This document shows positions 47,950-61,499 of a DNA stretch of 64,000 nt, in pieces. The stretch lies in assembly GCA_951406725.2 (NCBI GenBank), contig OX597821.1, positions 49,724,001 through 49,788,000 on the forward strand, in the 5' to 3' direction. The stretch is from Octopus vulgaris (Eukaryota). How positions within the stretch are numbered: the first letter of the stretch is position 1; each line of letters starts with the position of its first letter. Under the pieces are notes generated by a model. It was not told where the DNA came from, searched no databases, and saw nothing but the letters and a program-made list of their open reading frames with translations. Both the position numbers and the translations under genes were made by a program.

Positions 47950-48125
47950 TTTTTTTGTCAGTGATGAGGTGGCAGTTTTGAGTGACGAAAATTTTGACAC
48001 CATATTACAAATAAGTAAGCAGTCTTTGTATGTTCTGAACGGCTAGCTTGTATCGCCCATGCTGCAATCGCTTTAGTTTTAGCACACGATCTCAGATCAA
48101 AACACTTACTATGCGACTACACCTC
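47950..48125. repeat. Dispersed repeat, second copy at 60578-60768 (probable DNA-transposon end)
   Basis: Shared TTTGTCAGTGA...GACGAAAAT..TTTGACA and GCACACGATCTCAGATCAAA..ACTT.CTATGCGA.TACA.CTC. Confidence 0.65.
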
Positions 48126-48134
48126 TGTAATAAT

Positions 48135-48350
48135 GGCTTCAAATTTTGGCTCAAGGCCTGTAAGTTAAGGCGGTTAGGGTAGGTCGATTATATCGATCCC
48201 TGTACTCAACTGGTACTCTTTTTATCGACCCCGAAAGGATGAAAGGCAAAGTCGACCTCGGCATAATTTGAACTCTGAACCTAAAGACGAACGAAATGCC
48301 GCTAAGCATTTTTTCGGCGTGCTAACGATTCTGCCAGCTAGCCGCCTTAC
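48135..48350 (-). mobile_element. SINE family B
   Basis: TTTATCGACCCCGAAAGGATGAAAGGCAAAGTCGACCTCGGC..GCTAACGATTCTGCCAGC. Confidence 0.85.
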
Positions 48351-48625
48351 ATATCCGTAATATTAATGGTTTGGTCTAGCAGAAGCAGTTGTGCCAGTAG
48401 CCTTTATAGCACCGCTTAGATTGATGTTTTTATGTGACCGAGGATTTTGCATAACTGTAAGCAAGGTCCCTATATGGTTGCGCTAACCAGCAGCCATATC
48501 TATTTCAAATTATACCCCACTCTCTTAAAAATAAAAACACAGTGAAGAATGTAATTCTGTATAAACGATACGCATTTAGCTATATCTACCTATATGTGTA
48601 AGTGCATACATACATACATACACAC

Positions 48626-48673
<48 letters not shown>

Positions 48674-48805
48674 AGAAGAAAAAAATACCTTTTATCAATT
48701 CGATAATGAAAAATTAAATTATACCATCTAGAAAATTACTTATTATAAAAAGATTAAATATAAGATAAAACATAACGATGATTAAGTAATGTGCAAAATA
48801 ATAAA

Positions 48806-48822
48806 TATCATTATTATTATTA

Positions 48823-48874
<52 letters not shown>

Positions 48875-48875
48875 C

Positions 48876-48970
<95 letters not shown>

Positions 48971-48980
48971 CATTATTATT
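48806..48980. repeat. (ATT)n microsatellite
   Basis: Directly visible. Confidence 0.95.
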
Positions 48981-49031
<51 letters not shown>

Positions 49032-50219
49032 TATGTATATATATAAATATATACAAAATACACAAACACACGCGCGCGCACGCGAATTTCTTGCATGATC
49101 ATGTCGCAAAAATCGCATTTATAATTTTAGGGGTGGAAAAAGAAACAAACATTTACTCATATCTGTATTTATTTATATACATTACAACTACACTCCCTTT
49201 CGGTAGAAACATTTTCAGACAGCTTACGCGCATTGTCCAGTGAAAAGTTGGGACCAACAACTAACATTACTCTCATTGTTATCACAGTTTACTTGGAAAC
49301 ATTCCGCCAATAAATCTTTATTTCTGAAAGGAACAAAATGAAAGAGCATGAAAGATAATATGATAAAGTAATATATTCTAAAATAAGAAAAAGAAATGAA
49401 ATACGATGTAAATGATTGATTTGACACTTAAACAAGGTCTAAGTCAACTACTGAGATAAAAAAAAAATACAAGTAAATTGTAAACTTCGTTGCCGTCCTT
49501 TATATATTCTAGATTTCATTTAAATAATCGAAGACAGGTGAATAAATAAATTGGTTTTCCTTATCTTTCAGGAAGTCTTACGTTACCTTAAAGTAAATAG
49601 ACCATACAGAAATTTGGCAAGCATTTTCAGTCATGTTAGCTGTTGGCGTTGCTGCTGCTGCTGTTGTTGTTGCTGTTGTTGTTGTTGTTGTTGTTGCTGT
49701 TGTTAAGCAACAAGACGGGTAAGGGTGATTAGGTGATGGTCTAGGGCTTAGGGGCGGGAGACCCCAGACCTTGGAAAAAAAAAAAAACTTTGGTCGTCTT
49801 GTTGTAGTCGAGGACCTTTCGTTGATGCCCGACACCACTAGGAGGTGACCCTCGAAGTCGTTGGAAATGGAGATCTTCAGGTCCAAATTCTCGACCGGCT
49901 GTTGTTGTTGTTGCTGATGATGATGATAATTACGTCTTATAACATACCTTTTATTTTTTTTACTTGTTTCAGTCATTGAACCGAGGCCATGCTGGGGCAC
50001 TGCCCGAAAGGGTTTAATTAAGCAAATCACCTACCCCTTCGCCAAACTCACTCAGAACATTCTGACTAGGAGCCATGCTCGAAACGTCGTTTCCACTTCT
50101 ATTTTTTCCACTTAAACTTTCACCGAGCGTCAATTTAATATATTCACCGTCTCATTAAATTTGTTGCTTTTTGTAGCTTTTGTTTTGTTTTTTACCTTTG
50201 ATTCGCTTATATATAGATA

Positions 50220-50354
50220 TGTTGCTTTCCAACCACATGGTTCCGGATTGAGTCCCACTGCGTGGAACCTTAGGCGGGTGTCTTCTACTATAGGCTCGGG
50301 CCAACCAAAGACATGTGAATGGATTTGGTAGTCAGAAACCGAAAGAGGGTCATC

Positions 50355-50418
<64 letters not shown>

Positions 50419-50600
50419 GTCTGTGTTTGTCTTCCCACCACCGCTTCACAACTGGTGTTGGCAAAAGATATCAATAGAATAAGTACTAGGCTTAAAAAAT
50501 TAGTCATGGGGTGGATTTTGTTCGACTAAAACCCTTCAAAGCGGTGCTCCAGCATGGTTGCAGGTCAGATGACTGAAAGAAGTAAAAGAATAAAAGAATA
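50220..50600 (+). mobile_element. SINE family A, diverged
   Basis: Colinear blocks with internal deletion. Confidence 0.8.
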
Positions 50601-50661
50601 TGTATGTATGTATATATGCATGCATGTATATATGTATGCATATCTATCTATCTGCGTGTGC

Positions 50662-50712
<51 letters not shown>

Positions 50713-50713
<1 letters not shown>

Positions 50714-50934
50714 TCTCTTTTTACTCTTTTACTTGTTTCAGTCATTTGACTGCGGCCATGCTGGAGCACCGCTTTTAGTCGAGCAAATCGACCCCGGGAC
50801 TTATTCTTTGTAAGCCCAGTACTTATTCTATCGGTCTCTTTTGCCGAACCGCTAAGTGACGGGGACATAAACACACTAGCATCGGTTGTCAAGCAATGCT
50901 AGGGGGACAAACACAGACATACAAACACACACGC

Positions 50935-50967
<33 letters not shown>

Positions 50968-51131
50968 CGACAGGCTTCTTTCAGTTTCCGTCTACCAAAT
51001 CCACTCAAAAGGCTTTGGTCGGCCTGAGCCTATAGTAGAAGACACTTGCCGGAGGTGCCACGCAGTGGGACTGAACCCGGAACCATGTGATTGGTAAACA
51101 AGCTACTTACTACATAGCTACTCCTGCGCCT
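50713..51131 (-). mobile_element. SINE family A, full-length
   Basis: Reverse complement of 31470-31873. Confidence 0.9.
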
Positions 51132-51146
51132 ATGATATATATAAAA

Positions 51147-51308
51147 TTCTTCTTCTTCTTCTTCTTCTTCTTCTTCTTCTTCTTCTTCTTCTTCTTCTTC
51201 TTCTTCTTCTTCTTCTTCTTCTTCTTCTTCTTCTTCTTCTTCTTCTTCTTCTTCTTCTTCTTCTTCTTCTTCTTCTTCTTCTTCTTCTTCTTCTTCTTCT
51301 TCTTCTTC
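51147..51308. repeat. (TTC)n, about 54 units, pure
   Basis: Directly visible; abuts the head of a family B SINE (51310-51520). Confidence 0.97.
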
Positions 51309-51598
51309 AGGTGGTGAGCTGGCAGAATCGTTAGCACGCTCGACAAAGTGCTTTAGGAGTATGTCACCCGTCTATATATTCTGTGTTCAAAGTCCGCTGA
51401 GGTCGAATTTGCTCGTCATCGTTTCTGGGTCGATAAAATGGGTAACGGTTGAGCATTGGGGTCGATATAATCAATTATTCCACTTCACATAAATTTCAGG
51501 CCTTGTGCTTTTAGTAGAAAAGATTATTATTTTTATTTTTATCATTGTTATTATTATTGTTGTTGTTGTCGTCGTCGTCGTCGTCGTCGTTGTTGTTG

Positions 51599-51680
<82 letters not shown>

Positions 51681-51682
<2 letters not shown>

Positions 51683-52032
51683 GTTTGACTTTTGCTTTAC
51701 ATTTGTACAAGTTGGCTCCAAGTCTCACCCAGAGACCTCAAGAGACAACAAGTTGGAAGTTCATGTTGATGTTATGCTTAATGTGCCATATATTTGGTTT
51801 TGTACTTAGTGTTGTACTAGTGAGTGTCTAAAAAACCATACGAAAATTATGTTTGTTTTAAAACTTGAGATTACATAGAAAGTATTTTGCGTAGGATATG
51901 AGCCGTTCCCATGAGCACTATCTTTTGAATTTCTGCCACTTTTGGGTTTCCTGGTATCTGAGTTAGGTAGCAATCAGCCCCTTTTGCTATCATTCCCAGG
52001 TATTGCTTTATGACAACAGGTATTGTTTTAAT
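51681..52032 (-). mobile_element. R4/Dong-like LINE extreme 3' end embedded in (TAA)n
   Basis: KTIPVVI..LGMIAKGAD.YL.QIPG.P..AEIQKIVLMGTAHILRKILSM* plus 3' UTR; (TTA)n on both sides. Confidence 0.8.
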
Positions 52033-52053
52033 TCATTATTATAATCATTTTAG

Positions 52054-52112
<59 letters not shown>

Positions 52113-52578
52113 CATTATTATTATTATTATCATTGTTATTATTGTCATATGAAAAACATGAAGCTCTTTAAGGGAAGTTACATAATGGGGTTAGTTAATA
52201 GATATAAATGCTCAGAGTAAACAAATACGTAGATGAAATTCATGTTGTTTTAACATCTCATTATTGCAGAATACTCTACTTTAACATTGCTTCTTCTACA
52301 TGAAACTACCAGGGCAAACACTTTTCACGCATTGTGGTACGTTTTTTTTACCTCTTGTACCAAATTTCTAATAGTGTGTATGGTGTGTTGTAGACGTCTT
52401 GGCTGACTGGAAGTGCTGACTACTAGAACGGCCATCTGTTGAATATTGGCACTACCATCTGCTGCACCACGTTACCATTGACATGTATTTGCTCGTCTGT
52501 CTCTCTGTCTGACTCGCTTTCTCTCTCGTTCTCTCTCTCCCACTCTCACTCACTCTCTCTCTCTCTCCCTCTCTCTCC

Positions 52579-52635
<57 letters not shown>

Positions 52636-53005
52636 GTTTCATCTGAAGTCCCTGATATCTCTTCACTCTTGCCATTTGAACCATTTTCTTTGATGCTTCC
52701 ATTATTTTCGTAAGAAAGAGTTTTCGCAAGTTCTGATAAACTTTCATTAATGCAAATAAGAAACTAGCAGACATCATAGATTTACACTTTCAAGCAACTT
52801 TGATAAGTAATTATAAAGTGAGAGATTCCAGTGAAAATATCTTTCTTTCTCTCTGCCCTCTTCCTACTTTCTACAGATATTTTCACCGGATGCTCAGAGA
52901 AAATGGCTCAGATGGCGAAAGTGAAGACTTATCAGGTTCTTCGTGACCTCGTGTTGGCGATTTTTCCCCTCTGTCTTCCCTTCTCTGGATCTTTCCTTCT
53001 CCTAT

Positions 53006-53040
53006 GTTTCCGACGAAGAGCTCCGCTCGAAACGTTAATC
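53006..53040 (+). ncRNA. Minimal hammerhead, CCGACGA core variant (module 52950-53138)
   Basis: GTTT-CCGACGA-A-GAGC(tcc)GCTC-GAAACGTT-AATC. Confidence 0.68.
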
Positions 53041-53133
53041 CCTCCTTCTTTCCTTCTTTCCTGAGCGTCCAATAATACTATATTTGTTCCACGTCCTCGC
53101 GTTGTTGTTTTTTTCGTGCTTTCTTGTTTGGAT

Positions 53134-53213
<80 letters not shown>

Positions 53214-53319
53214 AAATGAAACTCACAACCTAAAGGGTTACTAATAGTTTCATGCTATCCTGATACTTGAACAAGCATATTTGTAAAATACGCCATGTAT
53301 CAGGCTCTGTCCGTGCGTT

Positions 53320-53525
53320 ACTCTTTTACTCTTTTACTTGTTTCAGTCATTTGACTGCGGCATGCTGGAGCACTACCTTTAGTCGAGCAAATCGCCCCCG
53401 GGACTTATTCTTTGTAAGCTCAGTACTTATTCTATCGGTATCTTTTACCGAACCGCTAAGTGACGGGGACGTAAACATACCAGCATCGGTTGTCAAGCAA
53501 TGCTAGGGGGACAAACACATGCACA

Positions 53526-53580
<55 letters not shown>

Positions 53581-53658
53581 CCAAGCTGGCACGCAGTGGG
53601 ACTGAACCCGGAACCATGTGGTCGGTAAGCAAGCTACTTACCACACAGCCACTCCTGC
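53320..53658 (-). mobile_element. SINE family A with internal deletion
   Basis: Tail and head present; central block missing. Confidence 0.85.
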
Positions 53659-54046
53659 ACGTTATATATAATTTTTTAAAACAAGGACGCTGGTCAGTTA
53701 GAGAATAAGTGAAAAAACATGGAAATAACCTGAAGAAGGTTGGTGCAAAATATGGAACGAGAAAAAAGAAATGAAATCAAGAATTACGATCCTCGTCTTC
53801 CCTGATGCAGAAAGCTCATTAAATATAACGGGTTAAGAACACAGTAAAAGAAAATATGTCTAAGTTTGCGAGAATCAATCCGGAGCGGGTGATGCCCTCC
53901 AGTTCGATAACAGAAATTTTTCTATGTGTTTACACCTGCTAAAATTTTCAGGTCTCAAATTAAGCAGTATGTATGTATGTATGTATGTATGTATGTATGT
54001 ATGTATGTATGTATGTATGTATGTATGTATGTATGTATGTATGTAT

Positions 54047-54445
54047 GTGCGGAGGAACTCTTGAGAGTCAACTGCCATCCAATAAATGTCTTAAGGATGT
54101 ATCATGCGCGGGGACATAGAAATAATCGGACTGAATACCCGATCGTGCGGTTAAACCATTGGGAGTGAAGGACTCCTAGCCTTTGTTAGGGCATCCCTCT
54201 AGGAGAAGGTAACTCAGGTAACTGGGATAACTCCGACATAAAACCTGCGGCTCAGTGGTTACCGATGATGTTGACTTGTTCTTCTTTTCGGATTATGGCT
54301 GCTGTTGCTTAGTGAGTGGGATTGACTCAGTGCACAGCCTTTCCTCACTTTAAAAAAATCTTCTTGCACAGGCATTGCACGATAACAACATTGATTAAGC
54401 TTCGTCCAATGGCCATACTCGATAACGAGGGGGCAGCCACCATGT
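54047..54445 (+). mobile_element. Short non-coding element between (TATG)n runs, with RTE 5'UTR-like motif
   Basis: GGGCATCCCTCTAGGAGAAGGTAACTC resembles the GGCAACCAGTCTAGGAGAAGGAAAACTC motif of RTE 5' UTRs. Confidence 0.4.
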
Positions 54446-54829
54446 ATGTATGTGCGTGCGTGTGTGTGTGTCTGTGTGTTTGACAACTGTAACTAAGCGA
54501 TTCGGCAAAAGATATCGATAGAATAAGTACCAGGCTTAAAAAGGCAAGGTAATGGGGTCGATACATTCAACAAAGAATTCTTCAATGAAACAAGTAAAAA
54601 GATATATATAAATACACACACACACACACATATGAGCATAGTTTAGGTTAGCTGAAATATGTTTGTCGCATATTTCAACTGTTAAAAGCCAAATACACTT
54701 CAGTTACCGCAGAGAAAAATCTCTCTTATGGTAAAAAAGGTATAAAAACATTCAGTTTGTTCAGTGTCGCCGTCTGTTAGGAATCCCAGACTTCGATGTT
54801 TTGAGTTTTTTTACTCTTGTCAAGAGAGG

Positions 54830-54881
<52 letters not shown>

Positions 54882-55007
54882 TATATATATATATATATAT
54901 AGTTAATCCAAACAAGAAAACACAGAAAAAAAGAGAAAAAAAAACAGCAACACGAGGACGTGGAACAATTAAAGTATTATTGACGCTCAGGAAAGAAGGG
55001 AAGGACG

Positions 55008-55042
55008 GTTTAACGTTTCGAGCGGAGCTCTTCGTCGGAAAC
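55008..55042 (-). ncRNA. Minimal hammerhead, CCGACGA core variant (module 54901-55083)
   Basis: GTTT-CCGACGA-A-GAGC(tcc)GCTC-GAAACGTT-AAAC, all stems paired. Confidence 0.72.
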
Positions 55043-55371
55043 AAGGAGAAGGAAAGATCCCAAGAAGGGAAGACAGAGGAAAATATATATATATATATAT
55101 ATATATTGTTTGTTTCTGTCATTGAACTGAGGTCAAGCTGGAGCACCAACTTGAAGAATTTTTAGTTGAATGATCGATTCTATTACTTGTTTTTTTTTAT
55201 ACCCGGCACTTATCTATCGGTAATTTTTACCGAACCGCTAAGTTATGGCTACATAAATACACCAACACCGGCTGTAAAGCCTTGGGGGTTACACACACTC
55301 ATACACACACGCACGCACACAAACACATAAATACATATCTATATCTATACCTATCTATCTATTTCCATATA

Positions 55372-55447
<76 letters not shown>

Positions 55448-55918
55448 CATACATACATGCATACATACATGCATACATACATACGTACATACATACATAT
55501 ATGTATATATATATATACATACACATACATACATATATATACGACGAACTTCTTTCAGTTTCCGTTATCAAATTCACCCATAAGGCTTTTGTCGGCCCGT
55601 GGCTATAGTAGAAGACACTTGCCCAAGGTACTACGCAGTAGGACTGAACCCAGCACCATGTGGTTGATTAGTAAGCTTCTTACCACACAGCTACAAATAT
55701 GTACATATGTATATGTATAAATACTGAGAAAGGTGTTTATTGATATATATATATATAGTCTTACTTGCAGATGATGTCATCAGAGCAGTCATTCGGTCCA
55801 CACTTTTGTTTTATCAAATCAGTCCAGCAGTTGGCAATGCCGCGGAAATCGCACGCACCTGCTTGAGAAAGAGAATGATGAAGTTGGACGTGATGGTAGT
55901 GATGATGATAATGATAAC

Positions 55919-55959
<41 letters not shown>

Positions 55960-56223
55960 GGAGGAGGAGGAGGAGGAGGAGATCGATGAAGAGGATTGTT
56001 ATCACCATCACAATCATTATCAGTTTATCATCATGTTGTGCGAATTATGATGATGATTGTTACGATAACAGCGATGTCAACGATAAACATAATTATCATT
56101 AATACAATTGTGCCTACTGTTTTCTGTGTTTGTTCTCTCGTTTACACAAATAAATACTTAATTAACTCAAACATAAAAGCTAAATATAATAGAAATATAT
56201 CACGGTTTCGTCCAAACTATCGG

Positions 56224-56307
56224 ATGTGCTTCGCATTATTTTCGCTTTCGAATGTGCTTCGCATTATTTTCGCTTTCGAATGTGCTTCGCATTATTTTCG
56301 CTTTCGA
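56224..56307 (+). repeat. Perfect 28-bp x3 tandem repeat
   Basis: ATGTGCTTCGCATTATTTTCGCTTTCGA x3, with no spacers. Confidence 0.95.
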
Positions 56308-56636
56308 ATAACACCACACGGCTAGTTAGGCGAGCAGGCCAACATCCCCTCTTGATCGGAAGACTATACCGTCATAGGGTTACCCGTTTACAACCGAGTG
56401 GACGAGAACAACGTGAAGTGAAGTACTTTGCTTAAAAAAGAAAAAAAAAAAGAGCAGGAGGTGCCGCCCGGTCCGAGAATCGAACCCTTCATCTGGCGAT
56501 CGTGAGTACGATGCGTTAAACACGTGGCCACGCGCCTTTACACGCAAACTCATATGCATATATACATACACATATATATATGCATATATATATATATGTG
56601 TGTGTGTGTGTATGTGTGTGTGTGTGTGTGTGTGTG

Positions 56637-56727
<91 letters not shown>

Positions 56728-57009
56728 GCGTGTATGTGTGTGTGTGTGTGTGTGTATACGTGCGTACGCGCGCGCTTGTGTGTATACATAACTATCCTAG
56801 CGGAGAAAATGCGGACGTGGGAGTGACAATATTCTCAATTCAATCTGGAAAACCACATGCCAAGAAATGGAAGCTTAAAAATATTGCATATAAAGTTAGA
56901 ATTGAAATAAAAAAATATATGTTGCTTAGTTTCTTTCAACTGGAAAGATACACCCCTCTTTTAGATACTTACTCTCTCTATGAAGAAAATTCCAGATCGA
57001 ACTTCTTAT

Positions 57010-57420
57010 TCTCTCTTTTTCTCTTTTACTTGTTTCAGTCATTTGACTGTGGCCATGCTGGAGCACCGCTTTTAGTCGAGCAAATCAACCCCGGGACTTA
57101 TTCTTTGTAAGCCCAGTACTTATTCTATCGGTCGCTTTTGCCGAACCGCTAAGTGACGGGGACGTAAACACACCAGCATCGGTTGTCAAGCAATGCTAGG
57201 GGGACAAATACAGACACAAACACACACATACATACATATATATATATAAATATATACGACAGGCTTCTTTCAGTTTCCATCTATTAAATCCACTCACAAG
57301 GCATTGGTCGGCCCGGGGCTATAGCAGTAGACACTTGCCCAAGATGCTACGCAGTGGGACTGAACCCGGAACCATGTGGTTGGTTAGCAAGCTACTTACC
57401 ACACAGCCACTCCTGCGCCT
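57010..57420 (-). mobile_element. SINE family A, full-length
   Basis: Reverse complement of 57589-58044. Confidence 0.92.
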
Positions 57421-57588
57421 TATGTTTACTTCTTATAAAATTAAATGTGGTAGATAGTGAGAGGTGTTTCAACGACTTGTATATTTTGGAATAGTAGCCA
57501 GCCTGTCAAAATTTTAAAATTTCCTATACCTTTCTGTCATGTTTTAACAACTATAGCTCAGCTGATACTTTGGCTAACAGAAATATAT

Positions 57589-57754
57589 AGGCGCAGGAGT
57601 GGCTGTGTGGTAAGTAGCTTGTTTACAAACCACATGGTTCCGGGTTCAGTCCCACTGTGTGGCACCTTGGGCAAGTGTCTTCTACTATAGCCTCGGGCCG
57701 ACCAATGCCTTGTGAGTGGATTTGGTAGACAGAAACTGAAAGAAGCCTGTCGTA

Positions 57755-57824
<70 letters not shown>

Positions 57825-58044
57825 GTGTGTGTTTGTGTGTCTGTGTTTGTCCCCCTAGCATTGCTTGACAACCGATGCTGGTGTGTTTATGTCCCCGTTA
57901 CTTAGCGGTTCGGTAAAAGAGACCGATAGAATAGGTACTGGGCTTACAAAAGAATAAGTCCCAGGGTCGAGTTGCTCGATTAAAAAGGCGGTGCTCCAGC
58001 ATGGCCGCAGTCAAATGACTGAAACAAGTAAAAGAGTAAAAGAG
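57589..58044 (+). mobile_element. SINE family A, full-length
   Basis: Colinear with 31470-31873. Confidence 0.92.
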
Positions 58045-58799
58045 TATATACTCATCTAGCTGGGAGTGATAATGAGATATTTTAACTTGCCAAGTAATCG
58101 ACAAGCAGTATTCTGTTAGCACAGAAATAAGGAAACATAAACAGTATGGTGGTTTTTAGGCGAGGTCTGCATTATGTCACTAAAACATGAAAATGTACCC
58201 CTACCAGGGACAAAATATTCAGAATTTATGTCCACAAAGATCCGGAAACCCACTGCTCTTGGACCCCTGGTACCCTTTTCAAATTATGGCGATGGGACGC
58301 AGGTAATAATCGTTCAGCATGACTCCATAAACCAGCAAACCGTGGTTATTGAAGGCGTGGATATTGGAGTAAAAGAGCAAAAGAGGAAAAGAGTGAAAAA
58401 GAAGGATTGGTCATGACTGGAACAACTAAGATCGTTGGTCTGTTTAATCAGATTTCACCCAGAGCTATACACCAACAACGACGACGACAACAACTAAAGT
58501 AAAATGGAAACATTTTACAAATTTGGAAACAAAAGCAACAACAGGATAATTGCCACTCCTTCTCTGACTATTTCGTGTCTCCTTTAGATAAAGGATCATA
58601 ATGGCTTTCAATGATAAGCTGTTTTGTTTCCTTGTTTTCATTTTTCTATTTGAATGTAATGAGTCACGAATTCCGTCCTAACTCATGTAAAAAGCACAAG
58701 TAGTCTCGGATATGTCTAGCTTTCTATGCACGCACGCAAACATACACATGTACAACATACATATACATACACACACACACACACACGTATATATATATA

Positions 58800-58944
58800 T
58801 ACTCTTTACTTGTTTCAGTCATTTGACTGTGGCCATGCTGGAGCACCGCCTTTAGTCGAGCAAATAGAGCTCAGGACTTATTCTTTGTAACGCACCCGCA
58901 TCAGTTGTGAAGCTATGTTGGGAGGACAAACACAGACACACAAA

Positions 58945-58997
<53 letters not shown>

Positions 58998-59150
58998 CTA
59001 CGACGGGCTTCTTTCAGTTTCCGTCTCACAAGGCTTTGGTCGGCCCGAGGCTATAGCAGAAGACACTTGCCCAAGGTGCCACGACGCAGTGGGACTGAAC
59101 CCGGAACCATGTGGTTGGTAAACAAGCTACTTACCACACAGCCACTCCTA
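58800..59150 (-). mobile_element. SINE family A with internal deletions
   Basis: Head and tail blocks present. Confidence 0.85.
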
Positions 59151-59154
59151 CGTT

Positions 59155-59202
<48 letters not shown>

Positions 59203-60045
59203 AACTTAGACTTAGATAAACTTAGATGTGTTTCGACCAATGATTGGTCCAGGCCATGTCTAACTTAATAGCACCACCTGATAGGATTATTTGAATCCTG
59301 TTTAAGTCAAGTTTTGCTTATGGTCCATTCAAGTAGTGAGTTTTTGTTGGGTCAGTTGTATCCAATTATGGGTGGCTTATCTGGTATTCTTTGAAGGAAT
59401 CTATCCAGACTCCGTTTAAAGTTGATGGGATCCTGTTCCTCTTTGATCTCTTTCGGGACAATGTTAAATAGGGCAGGGCCTGTTGAAAAGAAATTATGTT
59501 GTAGTGTATAAGTATGCTGTGATCTTGAATTGGGCAGGGGACGTATGGCCCGTGGTCCCAGTCTTGGATGAACCTTGAAGCTTATGTTCAGGTCGTTTGG
59601 GCAAAGTTGGCGGTAAATTCTCCACATCGTACAAATGATGTACCGCTCACGGCGACGCTGGAGAGAGTAGAGTTTCAAGGCTTTAAGGCGATCCCAATAA
59701 TCGAGAGCAGCCATGCCTTCAATTCGTTTAGTGAGTGCTCTCTGGGGTGATTCAATCCTCGAGATGTTTTGTCTTGTATGGGGAGACCACAGTGGGCAGC
59801 AGTATTCGAGGTGTGGCCGTACAAAGGAGGAGAAGAGTGGTATGATGACACCTTGTTCTCTGGACCAGGAACTCATCCTACGAGCTATATCGACCTTCTT
59901 GTTGATGTGTGCACTCCAACTGAGATCGTCATCAACAATTACACCTAGGTCTCTGATGTTGTTAGAGGCTGTGAGCGGTTCCCCTGAAGGAAGAGAGTAT
60001 GGCTGTTTTAGTGAGGAGTTTCTTCCAAAATGCATCAGCTCAAAT
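59203..60045 (-). mobile_element. 5'-truncated CR1-clade LINE (ORF2 C-terminus 59352-60035 + 3' UTR hairpin + TCTAAG repeats)
   Basis: RDLGVIVDDDLSWSAHI..VRPHLEYCCPLWSPH..IESPQR..LKLYSLQRRRERY; terminal GACCAATcATTGGTC hairpin. Confidence 0.9.
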
Positions 60046-60413
60046 TATATATATATATTTATATATATATATAATATTTTAAACAATTTTCTCGCTGTAT
60101 TGCGTGTTCGTTTTTCTTTCTTCCTTCAGTGATTTGATTTTTAATCTTCTATATAAATGAAGATATTTCCTCTGTCTGGTTACTTCTATTTCTACAAAAC
60201 GATAAGTTACATTGCGGAACTGTTGTTTTAACCACTTGTGTCTATTTATCAGCCAATGAGATACATCTACACTGCCGACTCCACTTGAGTGGATGCAAGC
60301 GCTAATATATGATTTATAAAATCATGTGACATATTAATAAATATCTGTAAATATAAAACCATCCAGGTTTCTGAGTATCTGATTTCTTCTTATATATAGA
60401 TGTATATATAGAT

Positions 60414-60450
<37 letters not shown>

Positions 60451-60478
60451 TTTATATGTATATATATATATATAGATC

Positions 60479-60558
<80 letters not shown>

Positions 60559-60764
60559 GAAAAGAGATGCAGCACGGACTTTGTCAGTGAACAGGTCGCG
60601 GATTTTAGCGACGAAAATATTTTGACAAATTAAACTTAAATGTTGAAGTGAATCGAACGGCTTTTGTGTGTTTCTTAAATGGCTTATAAACACCTTCCAC
60701 GCTGCAATTGTTTTCGTTTCAGCACACGATCTCAGATCAAATTACTTGCTATGCGAGTACATCT

Positions 60765-61160
<396 letters not shown>

Positions 61161-61248
61161 TGTGTATACATACATATATAAATTTTCTTTCAGAATGAAA
61201 TAAAAAACCCCAAGGCTGTGAAGATTTTAGAACATTTATATATAGAAG

Positions 61249-61296
61249 GTCTTACAGCTGTTTCCAGGATATTTATTATATCTCTTCATCGGAGAC
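61249..61296 (-). ncRNA. Minimal hammerhead, CCGATGA core variant
   Basis: GTCT-CCGATGA-AGA GATAT(aataa)ATATC CTG-GAAAC AGCT GTA-AGAC; palindromic stem III ACAGCTGT. Confidence 0.62.
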
Positions 61297-61499
61297 GGTA
61301 TGAGAAAATGGTTAAGCAATAGTTAATTTAGATAAGATACGAAATATAGAGTGAAGTGGAGGAATGAAAATAGATGTGAGATATGCATGGATATCTACAA
61401 ATGTAATATCCCTGCATATCTCACATTTCTTCGGCTAAAAGCGGAGCCCTAGCATGGCCGCAATCACATGATGGAAACAAGTAAAACAATAAAAAACTA

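Noticed and set aside
53233-53310. Minus-strand GAAACTATTAGTA hammerhead half
   Set aside because: No matching CUGANGA found; region is disrupted by a SINE.
56224-56307. 28-bp x3 repeat as mini-CRISPR
   Set aside because: Head-to-tail with no spacers; a simple tandem triplication.
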